Source: an uncultured Acidimicrobiales bacterium (GTDB taxonomy: Bacteria > Actinomycetota > Acidimicrobiia > Acidimicrobiales > UBA10347). From it: DNA of 64,000 nucleotides. The notes below the pieces were generated by a model that was not told where the DNA came from, ran no database searches, and worked only from the letters and a program-made list of their open reading frames with translations. The stretch's first letter is position 1. Each line of letters begins with the position of its first letter. The translations under genes were made by a program, and so were the position numbers. The stretch is from positions 2,313-66,312 of the forward strand of contig CALKPY010000136.1 of the NCBI GenBank assembly GCA_937991435.1. Direction: 5' to 3'. Below are positions 10,666 to 22,579 of this stretch, one piece after another.

Positions 10666-11165
10666 AGCTCATACACAATTAGGTCGGCCGTTGCCGATGC
10701 TCTACACATGCCCAGCTCTGGCGCTACCTGAGCAAACAATTTGTGCATTTCCACCGTGAAATACGCCTGGATTCCAACGATCTTCACAGGATCCACGTTG
10801 CGACCGAGTAGCTGTTCAGCACGGGCTGTAATCGCCACAATCGCCGGAGCAGCCTCGACTGGCTCAACGACAATTTTGGCAAATGATCGCGCCTGAGTTT
10901 CTTCAACGACTACCTGCGCCTGCCCTGGAACGATCGCTGAGGAGCTGAGTCCGCTCCATTCAGCGGCGACCTCAGATGCCAGATCGAGTTGCTGAACCGA
11001 CGCCAGCGCCAAAGCGTCAGCCGCAACTGCTGCTCGCTGCCGGGTAATCACATGCCGCGCTGCGGCCGTCATGAGCACCGCCACGACGAGCGTCGCAGCC
11101 AAAATCAACGCAATCAGCACGGTTGCCTGTCCGCGATCTGCGGGTGGACGTGATGGATCTGTCAT
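10659..11165 (-). CDS. TadE-like (Rv3654c-type) pilus/secretion-associated membrane protein
   Basis: The N-terminus RGQATVLIALILAATLVVAVLMTAAARHVITRQRAAVAADALALA resembles the TadE-like pseudopilin pattern: G-x-A-T-V, a TM helix, then AADAAALAAA. Confidence 0.45.
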   Translation of the reverse strand: MTDPSRPPADRGQATVLIALILAATLVVAVLMTAAARHVITRQRAAVAADALALASVQQLDLASEVAAEWSGLSSSAIVPGQAQVVVEETQARSFAKIVVEPVEAAPAIVAITARAEQLLGRNVDPVKIVGIQAYFTVEMHKLFAQVAPELGMCRASATADLIVYELC

Positions 11166-11242
11166 GGGCTTCCTTCAAGGTTCTCGTGTGTGAAGGAAGC
11201 ATGTGTTCGACGCTACGCGTCGTGTGACGGCAAGGGTGCGAG

Positions 11243-13849
11243 TCAGTCTGACGTGTCTTCTGCTGCTGGCTCGCCACTGGCAGTGTCACCAACATCGTCA
11301 GACTCAGTGTCGGCACCGGCCGCGACCGCTACTGGTGTCTGCTCACCGTCGTCGGCGCCGTCAGTCTCGTCAGCGGGATTGTCGTCGTCGCCTTCGGGTT
11401 CGCGTACCAAGGTCACCGCAGCAACTCGATCCCCCTTGGGAACCGACATGATGGTGACACCTGAGGCGTCTTTTCCCTGCACGGATACATCATCGACCGG
11501 AATGCGAATGATGACGCCGTTTGATGCAATCAACATGGCCTGGTCATCGGGCAACACCGTGAGCGCACGCACGATTCGGCTGTTTTCGGTGCGCAACTTC
11601 ATGGTGCGCACACCTTGTCCGCCGCGGTGTTTCGAGGTGAAGGCATCGAATTCGGTGCGTTTGCCAAACCCGTCGTTTGAAACAACGAACAGTTGTTCTT
11701 CGGGGCGAGCGACCGCACACGAGACGACTTCGTCGCCTTCTTTGAGCTTGACGCCACGCACACCCGAGGCGACTCGGCCCATCTCGCGGACCTCGTCTGG
11801 ATCGAACCGCATGAGCTGGCCCTTGCTGGTGACCAAACATACGTCGAGCTCGCCGTTGATTGGAACAACGCGAACGAGTTCGTCGTCTTCGCGCATCTTG
11901 ATCGCACGCAGGCCGTTCTGGCGAATGTTGCCATAGGCGCTGAATGCAGTCTTTTTGACGACGCCCTTGCGAGTCACAAAGAACAGGTATCGCATGGTCT
12001 CGTAGTCGCGCGTATCAACTACTGCCATCACGGTCTCGTCGGGCTCGAGCTGCAACATGTTCACGATGGCGGTGCCTCGAGCTGTTCTGCTCTGCACTGG
12101 AATTTCGTGCGCGCGTAACTGATAGACCTTTCCCAGGTTCGTAAAGAACAAGATGTAGGCGTGCGCGGTGGTGTGCAGCATCGCTTCGACGATGTCGCCT
12201 TCTTTCAGTTTGGTGCCTTTGACACCGCGACCACCTCGACCTTGGGTGCGGAACTCATCAGCTGGCGTGGTCTTGACATACCCGCCATCGGTCAACGTGA
12301 AGATCAGCTCTTCATCATCGATGAGGTCTTCGATGTCGAACTCGCCGGGGTCAATGGTGAGCTTGCTGCGACGTTCGTTGTCGTAGCCGTCGCGCACCGC
12401 AGTGAGTTCTTCGGCAATTACCGCCCGCAATTTGACATCATCACCAAGGATGGCTTCGAGCCCCGTGATTGTTTCGCTGAGCTTGTCGAGTTCTTCTTGG
12501 AGTTCGCTGTGACCAAGACGAGTGAGTCGCCCGAGTGGCATGTCGAGAATGTGTGTCGCTTGTATTTCGCTGAAGTCGAACGGTGCAACTTGAAGGCCCT
12601 CGCGGGCTTCGGCACGATTTTCGCTGGCACGAATGAGGGCAATGATCTCGTCGATCAGATCGATGGCCCGAATAAGCCCTTCGACGATATGGGCACGAGC
12701 CTTTGCCTTATCAAGCCGGTACTGCGAACGACGGGTGATGACTTCGATCTGATGATCGACGTACGCAACCAACACGTCGCGCAAGTTCATCGTCAGCGGC
12801 ACGCCGTCGTTGAGCGCGACCATATTCACACCAAAGCTGGTCTGAAGCGGTGTGAACTTGTACAGGTTGTTCAGCACGACCTTGGGAACAGCATCGCGCC
12901 GCAGCTCAAACACCAGGCGGGTTTTGCCTTTGGCTGATTCGTTTCGGATTTTTCGGATGCCTTCGAGCCGCCCGCTGTTGACCAGGTCAGCTGCTTTTTG
13001 TTCGATGACTTCGACGCTTGTTTGGTATGGCAGTTCGGTTACGACGATCCACGGGGTGCCGCCTTTACCTTCGATGATCTCGGCCACCGCACGCATACGG
13101 ATCGATCCGCGACCAGTTCGGTACGCATCGTCGATGCCCTTGCGTCCAAGAATCAGGCCACCGGTTGGAAAGTCAGGGCCCTTGACGAACTCCATGAGGT
13201 CATCAACGGTGGCGTCGGGATTGGCGAGCACGTGCAGCGTGGCGTCGACAACTTCACCGAGATTATGCGGCGGAATATTGGTCGCCATACCAACCGCAAT
13301 ACCTTGGCTGCCGTTGACGAGCAGGTTTGGGAACCTTGCGGGCAGAACCTGCGGTTCTTCTTCGCTTCCGTCAAAGTTGTCGAGGAAGTCGACCGTGTTT
13401 TCGTCAATGCCATCAACGAGACGCATGGCCAACTGCGAGAGCCGACACTCGGTGTAGCGCATAGCAGCGGGTTCGTCATTGGGTGAGCCGAAGTTGCCGT
13501 GCGGATCAATAAGTGGGTAACGCAGCGAAAAGGTCTGCCCCATTCGTACCAACGCGTCGTAGATCGCGCTATCGCCGTGGGGGTGATACTTGCCCATGAC
13601 ATCGCCAACGACACGAGCGCATTTCACGTGTGATCGATCAGGGCGAATGCCCCCATCGAACATCGACCAGATGATGCGGCGGTGAACGGGCTTGAGACCG
13701 TCGCGCACATCAGGAAGCGCACGCGAGACGATGACCGACATGGCGTAGTCAAGGAATGACTGCTCCATCTCGGTTTGGATCGCAATTGGTTCGACGCTTA
13801 CAAAGCCGTTGTCGTCATCGTTGTTTGGTGGAAGATCGTTATCGCTCAC
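11243..13849 (-). CDS. gyrA: DNA gyrase subunit A
   Basis: Full-length GyrA is recognisable from [10 protein letters not shown], the active-site region AAMRYTE, repeated beta-pinwheel GyrA-box blades and an acidic C-terminal tail. GTG start at 13849 preceded by AAGGA. Confidence 0.98.
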   Translation of the reverse strand: MSDNDLPPNNDDDNGFVSVEPIAIQTEMEQSFLDYAMSVIVSRALPDVRDGLKPVHRRIIWSMFDGGIRPDRSHVKCARVVGDVMGKYHPHGDSAIYDALVRMGQTFSLRYPLIDPHGNFGSPNDEPAAMRYTECRLSQLAMRLVDGIDENTVDFLDNFDGSEEEPQVLPARFPNLLVNGSQGIAVGMATNIPPHNLGEVVDATLHVLANPDATVDDLMEFVKGPDFPTGGLILGRKGIDDAYRTGRGSIRMRAVAEIIEGKGGTPWIVVTELPYQTSVEVIEQKAADLVNSGRLEGIRKIRNESAKGKTRLVFELRRDAVPKVVLNNLYKFTPLQTSFGVNMVALNDGVPLTMNLRDVLVAYVDHQIEVITRRSQYRLDKAKARAHIVEGLIRAIDLIDEIIALIRASENRAEAREGLQVAPFDFSEIQATHILDMPLGRLTRLGHSELQEELDKLSETITGLEAILGDDVKLRAVIAEELTAVRDGYDNERRSKLTIDPGEFDIEDLIDDEELIFTLTDGGYVKTTPADEFRTQGRGGRGVKGTKLKEGDIVEAMLHTTAHAYILFFTNLGKVYQLRAHEIPVQSRTARGTAIVNMLQLEPDETVMAVVDTRDYETMRYLFFVTRKGVVKKTAFSAYGNIRQNGLRAIKMREDDELVRVVPINGELDVCLVTSKGQLMRFDPDEVREMGRVASGVRGVKLKEGDEVVSCAVARPEEQLFVVSNDGFGKRTEFDAFTSKHRGGQGVRTMKLRTENSRIVRALTVLPDDQAMLIASNGVIIRIPVDDVSVQGKDASGVTIMSVPKGDRVAAVTLVREPEGDDDNPADETDGADDGEQTPVAVAAGADTESDDVGDTASGEPAAEDTSD

Positions 13850-13904
13850 GGAGATCCTTCGGCGCGGTGGGAAGCGGGCAAATCAGACAAAAAATCAGCA
13901 AGAC

Positions 13905-15848
<1,944 letters not shown>

Positions 15849-16030
15849 TCACGGCCGCGAGCAGCCGATTTGAAGGTGAAAATCGCCGTCAGCGCACAAC
15901 TGCGGCTAGCGCGTGCTCACCCTGACGAATCAGCGGAGCACCGTAGATCCAACCTACCACCCGCCAGCGACATTTTCGGGTCATTCATGCTCGTACAACA
16001 CAACACGTTTCTGTTGGAATAGAGCCGATC

Positions 16031-16369
16031 TCAGCGGGTGATTCGCACTTGTGAAACCGAATCATTGTCAAGCACGTTCGCGCACCGTTCAACGATCAGA
16101 GATGTCATCCATTTCAACTCGACCGCCCATTGTTGATCAAAGGCCACCACGGTCAAAACGCCATCTTGTAGTCGCTTGGGCTCACACTTCGACGCAAGTT
16201 GATCGCCAACAATTGACGACCATTGCGTGAACAGGCGATTGATGTGATCAACGCTCGACAGGCCCATGGTTGATGCCAAGGTGTCAAGCGCGTCGCGCAC
16301 CGGAATTGGTGCGGTGTGCCTGGTTGGTAACGGTTGCCATCCCGGACGCTCTCGGCGATTGCTTGTCAC
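16031..16369 (-). CDS. dciA: DUF721/DciA-family protein (replicative helicase operator) between recF and gyrB
   Basis: It occupies the Rv0004-equivalent position. The pattern WSSIVGDQLASKCEPKRLQDGVLTVVAFDQQWAVELKW matches the DUF721 core. Confidence 0.7.
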   Translation of the reverse strand: MTSNRRERPGWQPLPTRHTAPIPVRDALDTLASTMGLSSVDHINRLFTQWSSIVGDQLASKCEPKRLQDGVLTVVAFDQQWAVELKWMTSLIVERCANVLDNDSVSQVRITR

Positions 16370-16394
16370 CCACTGAACCTAGCTCTGACTGCGT

Positions 16395-17492
16395 CTATCG
16401 AGCCTGTGATACGTCGACTTGTTCAAGTACTCCCGGCCTAGCCCGGTAGACCATCTGCGGTTCCACACCTTCAGGAAGCGGTACCGCAGTTGTCAACACC
16501 GCCTGGCCAGCCGGTAGTGCGTCAAAAAGTGCGCTCGTTCGAGACCGGTCCAGTTCTGAAAACACATCGTCAAGCAACAGCAACGGCGGTTCGCTATGTC
16601 GATCGGTGAGTAACAGGTGTGTTCCCAAACGCAATGACAGTGCCAACGTGCGCTGCTCACCCTGCGAAGCATGCGTGCGTGATGGCATGTCGTTAAGACG
16701 AACGACAAGCTCGTCACGATGGGGCCCAACCAATGTGGTTCCGCGTCGCATGTCGTCTTTGCGGCTGGCAGCTAACGCTGATTCAAGACCTTCGTCGAAC
16801 CATGCAGGTTGATATTCCAATACCACCTCATCGTCGCGCCGCGAGAGTTGTTTGTAGGCCGCGTTGACGAATGGCTCGAGATCTTGCACAAACGATGATC
16901 GTGCTGAACCCACCGCTTCCCCAACGGCGGCAAAACGTTCGTCCCAGATATCGAGCATGACCAGTGCATCTGCATCGAAACGTCCACCGCGCTGGCGTAA
17001 CAACGCGCTGCGCTGTCGCAAAATCTGCGCCATGTTGCGACACACGTCGTATTGACGCGGCCACAACGCAATTACTGATGCATCAAGAAAATCACGTCGT
17101 AGTCCCGGCGAGCTCTTGATGACTGCCAAGTCGTCAGGGGCAAACACGCTGACCCGGGCCGAAGCTGCAAGATCTGCAGTACGTGCCAGTTTCTGACGGT
17201 TCACCTGCACACGTCCGCGACCGGTGCGTCGAATCTCCGCTTCGATTAAGAGCGAACGACCCTTGCTTTCCCCTTCGCCGCGAACAACTGCAGAATCGGC
17301 GGTTGCAGCGACCATCGTCGGGTTATCTGCACCCCGAAATGAGTTCAGGCGAATGAGATAGCCCATTGCCTCGAGCACGTTTGTCTTGCCGATGCCGTTC
17401 TGGCCGACAATACACGTCAGACCTGGTGGAAGTTCCAGTTCGAGTGACGCGTAGCTACGGAACTGTTGTAGCCACAGTCGGTGCAACCGCAC
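16395..17492 (-). CDS. recF: DNA replication and repair protein RecF
   Basis: Walker A GQNGIGKTNVLEA, signature SQGEQRTLALSLRL and Walker B LLLDDVFSELD are present, and the synteny fits. Confidence 0.95.
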   Translation of the reverse strand: MRLHRLWLQQFRSYASLELELPPGLTCIVGQNGIGKTNVLEAMGYLIRLNSFRGADNPTMVAATADSAVVRGEGESKGRSLLIEAEIRRTGRGRVQVNRQKLARTADLAASARVSVFAPDDLAVIKSSPGLRRDFLDASVIALWPRQYDVCRNMAQILRQRSALLRQRGGRFDADALVMLDIWDERFAAVGEAVGSARSSFVQDLEPFVNAAYKQLSRRDDEVVLEYQPAWFDEGLESALAASRKDDMRRGTTLVGPHRDELVVRLNDMPSRTHASQGEQRTLALSLRLGTHLLLTDRHSEPPLLLLDDVFSELDRSRTSALFDALPAGQAVLTTAVPLPEGVEPQMVYRARPGVLEQVDVSQAR

Positions 17493-17498
17493 CGGGTG

Positions 17499-18593
17499 TC
17501 AGGGCACCCGCACCGGCATCAACAGATACAGGAAGTTGGGGTCATCTGGTGATCGCAACACCGCAGGCTTGAGTGAATCCTGCGTCTGAAGCGAAACAAT
17601 CTCACCTGGCGCCACATCGAGTCCATCAAGCAGGAACTGGGGGTTAAACGCCACGGTGAGCTCAGTTCCGGTGTAACCCGCATCGACGGTTTCGTGTCCT
17701 TCGCCAACATCTTGGGTGATGGCAACAATCTCAAGGCCGTCATCGCTCATGACAAGGCGCAGCGGAGTCGATTCTTGAGCGAGCAGTCGAACACGTTTCA
17801 CCGCATCGAGCATGGCTTCGCGATTCACGTCAAGCTGATTTGACTGATCGGTTGGAATGAGACCTTGATACTTGGGAAAGTCCCCGTCGATGAGCCGGGT
17901 AGTAACAACAAGACCCTCAACAGCAAACGCCGCTTCGCTCTCACCAAGTCGCAGCTGGATCTCGTTCGCGTCACCAACCATGCGTCGTACCTCGCCAAGT
18001 GCCCGAGACGGAACAAGAACCGATTGACCAGCTTCGAGTACTGATGATCCCGGCAAATCTGCAACTGCGAGGCGATACGAATCGGTCGCAACAAGACGAA
18101 GTCCATCATCGGTCGCGGTGAGAAGAACACCCGTCAGGATTGGTCGCGAGTCATCTCCACTTGCTGCAGGCACGACCTGGCGCAACGCATTGACGAACGA
18201 ACCAGCTTCGATCGAGATTTCAGCACCCGTGGCTTCGGCGAGTTTCGGGAACTCATCGGTTGGGATGGTTCGAATCGAAAATTCAGATCGTCCGCCGCGA
18301 ATTGCGAGATCAATTTCACCAAAGTCAAGTTCAATGCCGCCCGGTTCAAGTGACCGAACAACATCACTCAACAATTTGGCAGGTACGACTGCTGAGCCAT
18401 CACGTTCGCCATTGACGAGAAGCGTGCGGGCAATCGTGAGTTCAAGATCGCTTCCGGTAACAACTAACTGATCACCGGTCAAGACCAGATGAAGTCCAGA
18501 GAGAACAGGCAGTTGTCCGCCGCGACCAGACACGGCGCGACCAGCGGTCATAAGGGCATCGACGAGGGTGTCTCGCTCACATCGAAGTTTCAC
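17499..18593 (-). CDS. dnaN: DNA polymerase III beta sliding clamp
   Basis: A three-domain 364-aa protein located immediately downstream of dnaA/oriC, with typical N-terminal MKLRCERDTL...L and C-terminal LLMPVRV motifs. Confidence 0.95.
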   Translation of the reverse strand: MKLRCERDTLVDALMTAGRAVSGRGGQLPVLSGLHLVLTGDQLVVTGSDLELTIARTLLVNGERDGSAVVPAKLLSDVVRSLEPGGIELDFGEIDLAIRGGRSEFSIRTIPTDEFPKLAEATGAEISIEAGSFVNALRQVVPAASGDDSRPILTGVLLTATDDGLRLVATDSYRLAVADLPGSSVLEAGQSVLVPSRALGEVRRMVGDANEIQLRLGESEAAFAVEGLVVTTRLIDGDFPKYQGLIPTDQSNQLDVNREAMLDAVKRVRLLAQESTPLRLVMSDDGLEIVAITQDVGEGHETVDAGYTGTELTVAFNPQFLLDGLDVAPGEIVSLQTQDSLKPAVLRSPDDPNFLYLLMPVRVP

Positions 18594-18882
18594 AGGAATG
18601 GCTTCCTCTTCTGTCAGGCTTCTTTAGTAAAACCTAGTTGTAGTTGTAGTGCTGTGGATTTGTGTAGAACGCCGATATTCGTTCGGGTTCTGCCGAAGTT
18701 GGTTGTGGATGACCAAGAGGGTCTTCCACAAGGTCACGGGTTGGTCTGGTGGTGCCTGTCAATAACTCGAAGATGTCCACTGGTCACAGGTGGGTTGTCC
18801 ACATCATGTCCACTGGCACTTGTGGAAGCGAGTATGCCCGTCAACTTGGTTGGAGGCCGACTCGCGAACACATGGATGGGTT
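18594..18882. other. Candidate oriC: DnaA-box cluster plus AT-rich unwinding region in the dnaA-dnaN spacer
   Basis: At least seven TCCACA-core 9-mers occur on both strands, at 18653-61, 18704-12, 18722-30, 18773-81, 18795-18803 (perfect TTGTCCACA), 18806-14 and 18821-29. An AT-rich tract with tagttg repeats lies at 18621-18650. Confidence 0.75.
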
Positions 18883-20283
18883 CTACGCGGCTGGTCGGCC
18901 GGACTTGATGGCCTGAATCAATTCGGTCACCTGGTCATAGACCTGGCGACGTTCGGCCATGACGTTCTTGACCTTCTCAACAGAGTGGATGACGGTCGTG
19001 TGATCACGTCCACCGAATTCACGAGCGATTGCTGGGTAGCTCATGTCGGTCATCTCACGCATCACATACATGGCGATCTGGCGGGCGTTGACCAACGGAC
19101 GACGCCGACTTGTGCCGCAGAGCTCTTCGATGCTGAATTCGAATCGTTGCGCAGAAGCTTCGAGAATCAGCGCGGCGCTGATGATGCGAGGCTCTGGCTC
19201 ATTGACCAGATCAGATAACACCTTTTTGGCGACTTCGAGCGTGAGAGGCTCATTGGTGAGCTGGGCGTAGGCCGTTGCTCGAATGAGCGCACCTTCGAGT
19301 TCACGAATGTTGTTGGTGATATTGCCGGCAATGAACTCAAGAATGTCATCACCGATCGTGATGCTTTCGTTTTCGGTTCGCGTGCGCAAGATCGCCAGGC
19401 GGGTTTCGATATCTGGCGGTTGAATATCTGTCAACAAACCCATCTTGAATCGACTACGAAGTCGATCTTCGAGGGTCGGTATGGCATCGGGCGGACGATC
19501 TGAACTGAAGACAATCTGTCGATCAGCCTGATGCAGGCTGTTAAACGTATGAAACAGTTCTTCTTGCAGGGCGTCTTTTCCCTCGAGGAACTGAATGTCA
19601 TCAATGAGCAGTACGTCGTTCTCGCGATAACGACGCTTGAAGTCGATCGTTGTGCTGTTTCGAATGGCATCAACGAACTCACTCAACAGCGTCTCTGTCG
19701 TGACGTAGCACACGCGATAGGTGGGGTAGTTCTCTTTGACATAGTGCGCAATGGCCTGCAGCAAGTGCGTTTTGCCCAAGCCAGCATGACCATGAATGAA
19801 CAACGGGTTGTACGACCGCGCAGGTGTTTCGGCGACGGCAAGAGCAGCGGCGTGAGCGAAACGGTTTGATGATCCAGTCACGAATCGTTCAAAGGTGTAT
19901 CGATGATTGACCGCAGTATTGATCGAAGCGCTCTCTGTCGATGCCGCCGGCGCTGACGCCATGCTCATCGCGGGTGCAGCAGCAACAAGGTCATCTTGAT
20001 TGACCTCGTTTATGTCGCCGTCATTGACGAGAACGTCAACGGTGAAATCGCCAGGCAAACCACTGACGTCTTCGAGTGCCCCATTCACCATTGACTGGTA
20101 GCGGGTTTCGATTCGATCCTTGATGATAAAGCTAGGCACAACAAGATGTGCGTGTGAACTGTCATCGGTCAATTCCGCCGTGGCGGTTACATCGGCAAAG
20201 GTGGTCTTCCAAACTGTGTCATTGAGTTGTGAGCGAAGAAGGTCAGCAACCTCGCTCCAGAGGTCCTTGACTAACGGCAACAT
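18883..20283 (-). CDS. dnaA: Chromosomal replication initiator DnaA
   Basis: The AAA+ motifs NPLFIHGHAGLGKTHLL and LLIDDIQFL and the C-terminal DnaA signature (RQIAMYVMREMTDMSYPAIAREFGGRDHTTVIH) are present. I start at the ATG at 20283 (MLPLVKDLWSEV...); the 103 upstream ORF codons look non-coding and run into the rpmH start region. Confidence 0.93.
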   Translation of the reverse strand: MLPLVKDLWSEVADLLRSQLNDTVWKTTFADVTATAELTDDSSHAHLVVPSFIIKDRIETRYQSMVNGALEDVSGLPGDFTVDVLVNDGDINEVNQDDLVAAAPAMSMASAPAASTESASINTAVNHRYTFERFVTGSSNRFAHAAALAVAETPARSYNPLFIHGHAGLGKTHLLQAIAHYVKENYPTYRVCYVTTETLLSEFVDAIRNSTTIDFKRRYRENDVLLIDDIQFLEGKDALQEELFHTFNSLHQADRQIVFSSDRPPDAIPTLEDRLRSRFKMGLLTDIQPPDIETRLAILRTRTENESITIGDDILEFIAGNITNNIRELEGALIRATAYAQLTNEPLTLEVAKKVLSDLVNEPEPRIISAALILEASAQRFEFSIEELCGTSRRRPLVNARQIAMYVMREMTDMSYPAIAREFGGRDHTTVIHSVEKVKNVMAERRQVYDQVTELIQAIKSGRPAA

Positions 20284-20574
20284 GTCTCCCGAACGTGCGT
20301 GTGCAATTGGCGTAGGAGCAGATGTTCTGACCTCGTCCCGGATGATCAGATGCTCTTGGCCAACGTGGAGAGTCCCTTCTCCACAAGCGAATGGCGAACC
20401 TATCACCAAGACCTCGGTCGCGCGCAAGCCAAAGCACCCGCGTTGTTGCTCCTGTGGCGAACCTCTAGCGTGTGTGTTGGACCCTGGCTTGGAGGCTCTT
20501 CGTTTGCCGCCACCCTCCCGCCAGCATCCAGCTACTTCCATGCTGGATGAAATCGAAACGAATCGGGACGAATC

Positions 20575-20709
20575 GTGAAAAGAACGTACCAACCAAATGT
20601 TCGCCGCCGCTCAAAGCGTCATGGCTTCCGCCAGCGCATGGCGACCAAGGCCGGTCGACGCATTGTCAATGGTCGACGTAGCAAGGGTCGCCAGAAGTTG
20701 TCGGCCTGA
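20575..20709 (+). CDS. rpmH: 50S ribosomal protein L34
   Basis: It is absent from the ORF track because it is under 60 aa. My translation from the GTG start is [44 protein letters not shown], a canonical L34 sequence. Confidence 0.95.
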   Translation: MKRTYQPNVRRRSKRHGFRQRMATKAGRRIVNGRRSKGRQKLSA

Positions 20710-21068
20710 TTCGTCCGCTTCGGTCCCGTGGGCAGTTCGCGCATGTATCCCGAAAGGGAAAGCGCTACCAGGGACAACACATCTGGTTACGTCATGCCGC
20801 CCACGAATCGATGCATGAGGCGCACACCGAGATCACCCTTATTGGGTATGCCATCGGACGCCAAGTTGGTAATGCCGTCATGCGAAACCGAATCCGTCGA
20901 CGCTTGCGGTCGGTATTTGCCGAACTCGATCGTGCTGGTCACTTGATGGACGCCATGTTGGTGGTTGGGGTTCGCTCTGATCGCGTCGCAACGATGTCGT
21001 TTGAGCAACTTCAACACGAAGTAGTGGACCTCATCGAAAGAACTCGAAAGGGCAGCAAAAACGCATGA
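20706..21068 (+). CDS. rnpA: Ribonuclease P protein component; the start is non-canonical (CTG 20706 or ATT 20709)
   Basis: The core [23 protein letters not shown] is the RnpA RNR motif. The N-terminal segment typical of RnpA ([26 protein letters not shown]) lies upstream of the first ATG at 20811. That frame opens only at 20682 and has no ATG/GTG/TTG before 20811. Confidence 0.8.
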   Translation: MIRPLRSRGQFAHVSRKGKRYQGQHIWLRHAAHESMHEAHTEITLIGYAIGRQVGNAVMRNRIRRRLRSVFAELDRAGHLMDAMLVVGVRSDRVATMSFEQLQHEVVDLIERTRKGSKNA

Positions 21069-21334
21069 TTCAACGCCCTATTTTGCACTTGTTGCGCACG
21101 GTTCAGCAGTATCGCTCGTTGCAACCTGCAGCGTGCCGCTATTTGCCCACATGCAGCGCCTACACAATCGACGCTATTGAAACGCATGGTGTTGCGAGGG
21201 GTGGTTGGCTGGCGATGCGCCGAATCGCTCGATGTAACCCTTTTGCGGGGCACGGGTACGACCCAGTGCCGCCCGCTGATTCACCACTATCTGCTTTACA
21301 CCGCTCTGATGTAGGAGGTCACACCTGTGCTTGA
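21065..21334 (+). CDS. yidD: Membrane protein insertion efficiency factor YidD
   Basis: The motif [37 protein letters not shown] is present. There is an ATGA overlap with rnpA. Confidence 0.9.
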   Translation: MIQRPILHLLRTVQQYRSLQPAACRYLPTCSAYTIDAIETHGVARGGWLAMRRIARCNPFAGHGYDPVPPADSPLSALHRSDVGGHTCA

Positions 21335-22568
21335 TCCGATCTTTGACCTGCTCGCTGGTTTGTTGGCCTGGTTTTATTCGCTGGTTCCTTCGTACGGATT
21401 CGCAATTATCGCCTTGACCTTTCTGGTTCTGGTCGTGTTTGCGCCGTTGACCTACAAGAGCACCAAATCCATGGTGGCCATGCGCCGGTTGCAGCCCCAG
21501 GTCAAACGTATACAGCGTAAGCATGCCGGTGACCGGGAGGCGATGAACCAAGAAATGATGGCGCTGTATCAAGAGCACGGCGTGAGCCCCTTGAGCGGGT
21601 GTCTTCCAATACTGATCCAGTCACCTGTCTTTATTGTGATGTTTCGAGTGATTCGTGGCATTACACGACGCTCTTCCACAATTGGTTTCAGTTCCGGCGA
21701 TGCTCTTGTTGCTCGTGAGTTGAGCGAAGCAAACTACGTTGCTGCCGAGACGCCTTTGCGTGACTTCAATCCTGAATATCTCAGTAAGACCAGCAACATC
21801 TATCAGGATTTGAGTACTGACAACGAGATGATGTGGATCGGCCTCGACTTGAGCCGTACACCATGGGAAGTTGTCCAGGAGTCGTTCTCCAAGGCCATTC
21901 CATACATCATCATGATTGCAGTTGTTGCAGTACTTGGTTGGTATCAACAACGCCAGATCGCAGGTCGTGCGTCGGGCGAAATTAGTTCACAGCAACAGAT
22001 GATCATGCGGATTATGCCGTGGTTTTTGCCTGTGTTCGCCGTGACAATGCCTGCTGGCTTGGTGCTGTATTTCATTGTTTCTTCGCTTCTCCGGGTTATC
22101 CAGCAGGCGTACATCACTCGCACGGTGTACAGCGATGAATCGCTGACAACACCGATCGAACTCGACGACGACGACGACTTTGATGATGATGATTCCGCTG
22201 AGCCAGAATCGCCCTTTGCTGCCCTGTTCGGCGCCGGCTCCAAGCCAAAAGCTGGTGCGAGCGTAGCTCCAGCCGCCCGCCACGGCAGTCGTCGCCCAAC
22301 AACGACCACAGGGGCATCGTCTCGTGGCCGTAGCCGTCCACCGCGCACAACTGCGCCGTCTTCGACTGGTTCGAGCAGCTCCAAAGGAACCAAAAGTTCT
22401 AAGGGATCAACCAATACTCGATCAACATCTTCTTCATCGACTGCTGACACCAGCGGTGGAATCTGGGGGCGAGCACGCCGTGCGGCCCCGTCACAACCCG
22501 AAGCGCCGGCTCGCCCGGCTTCCCGTCGAGTCACGCCCAAGGGCACCGACCGACGCAACAAGAAATAG
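21327..22568 (+). CDS. yidC: Membrane protein insertase YidC (Oxa1 family) with long basic Ser/Thr/Arg-rich C-terminal tail
   Basis: The motifs [23 protein letters not shown] and [18 protein letters not shown] plus five TM segments are present, followed by a ~120-aa tail rich in S/T/R/K/P. GTG start. Confidence 0.92.
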   Translation: MLDPIFDLLAGLLAWFYSLVPSYGFAIIALTFLVLVVFAPLTYKSTKSMVAMRRLQPQVKRIQRKHAGDREAMNQEMMALYQEHGVSPLSGCLPILIQSPVFIVMFRVIRGITRRSSTIGFSSGDALVARELSEANYVAAETPLRDFNPEYLSKTSNIYQDLSTDNEMMWIGLDLSRTPWEVVQESFSKAIPYIIMIAVVAVLGWYQQRQIAGRASGEISSQQQMIMRIMPWFLPVFAVTMPAGLVLYFIVSSLLRVIQQAYITRTVYSDESLTTPIELDDDDDFDDDDSAEPESPFAALFGAGSKPKAGASVAPAARHGSRRPTTTTGASSRGRSRPPRTTAPSSTGSSSSKGTKSSKGSTNTRSTSSSSTADTSGGIWGRARRAAPSQPEAPARPASRRVTPKGTDRRNKK

Positions 22569-22579
22569 AAAGCTGAATC

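Noticed and set aside
11190-13486. Several long plus-strand ORFs (for example 11190-11936, 12161-12937, 12852-13457) lie antisense to gyrA.
   Set aside because: They lie wholly inside the unambiguous gyrA gene. Their products are low-complexity S/T/R/A-rich sequences typical of antisense frames in GC-rich DNA, and none carries a recognisable motif.
20284-20592. The ORF track gives dnaA a 103-codon N-terminal extension (start at 20592).
   Set aside because: The extension ([32 protein letters not shown]...) looks non-coding and crosses the rpmH start region. The conserved DnaA domain I begins at the ATG at 20283 (MLPLVKDLWSEV).
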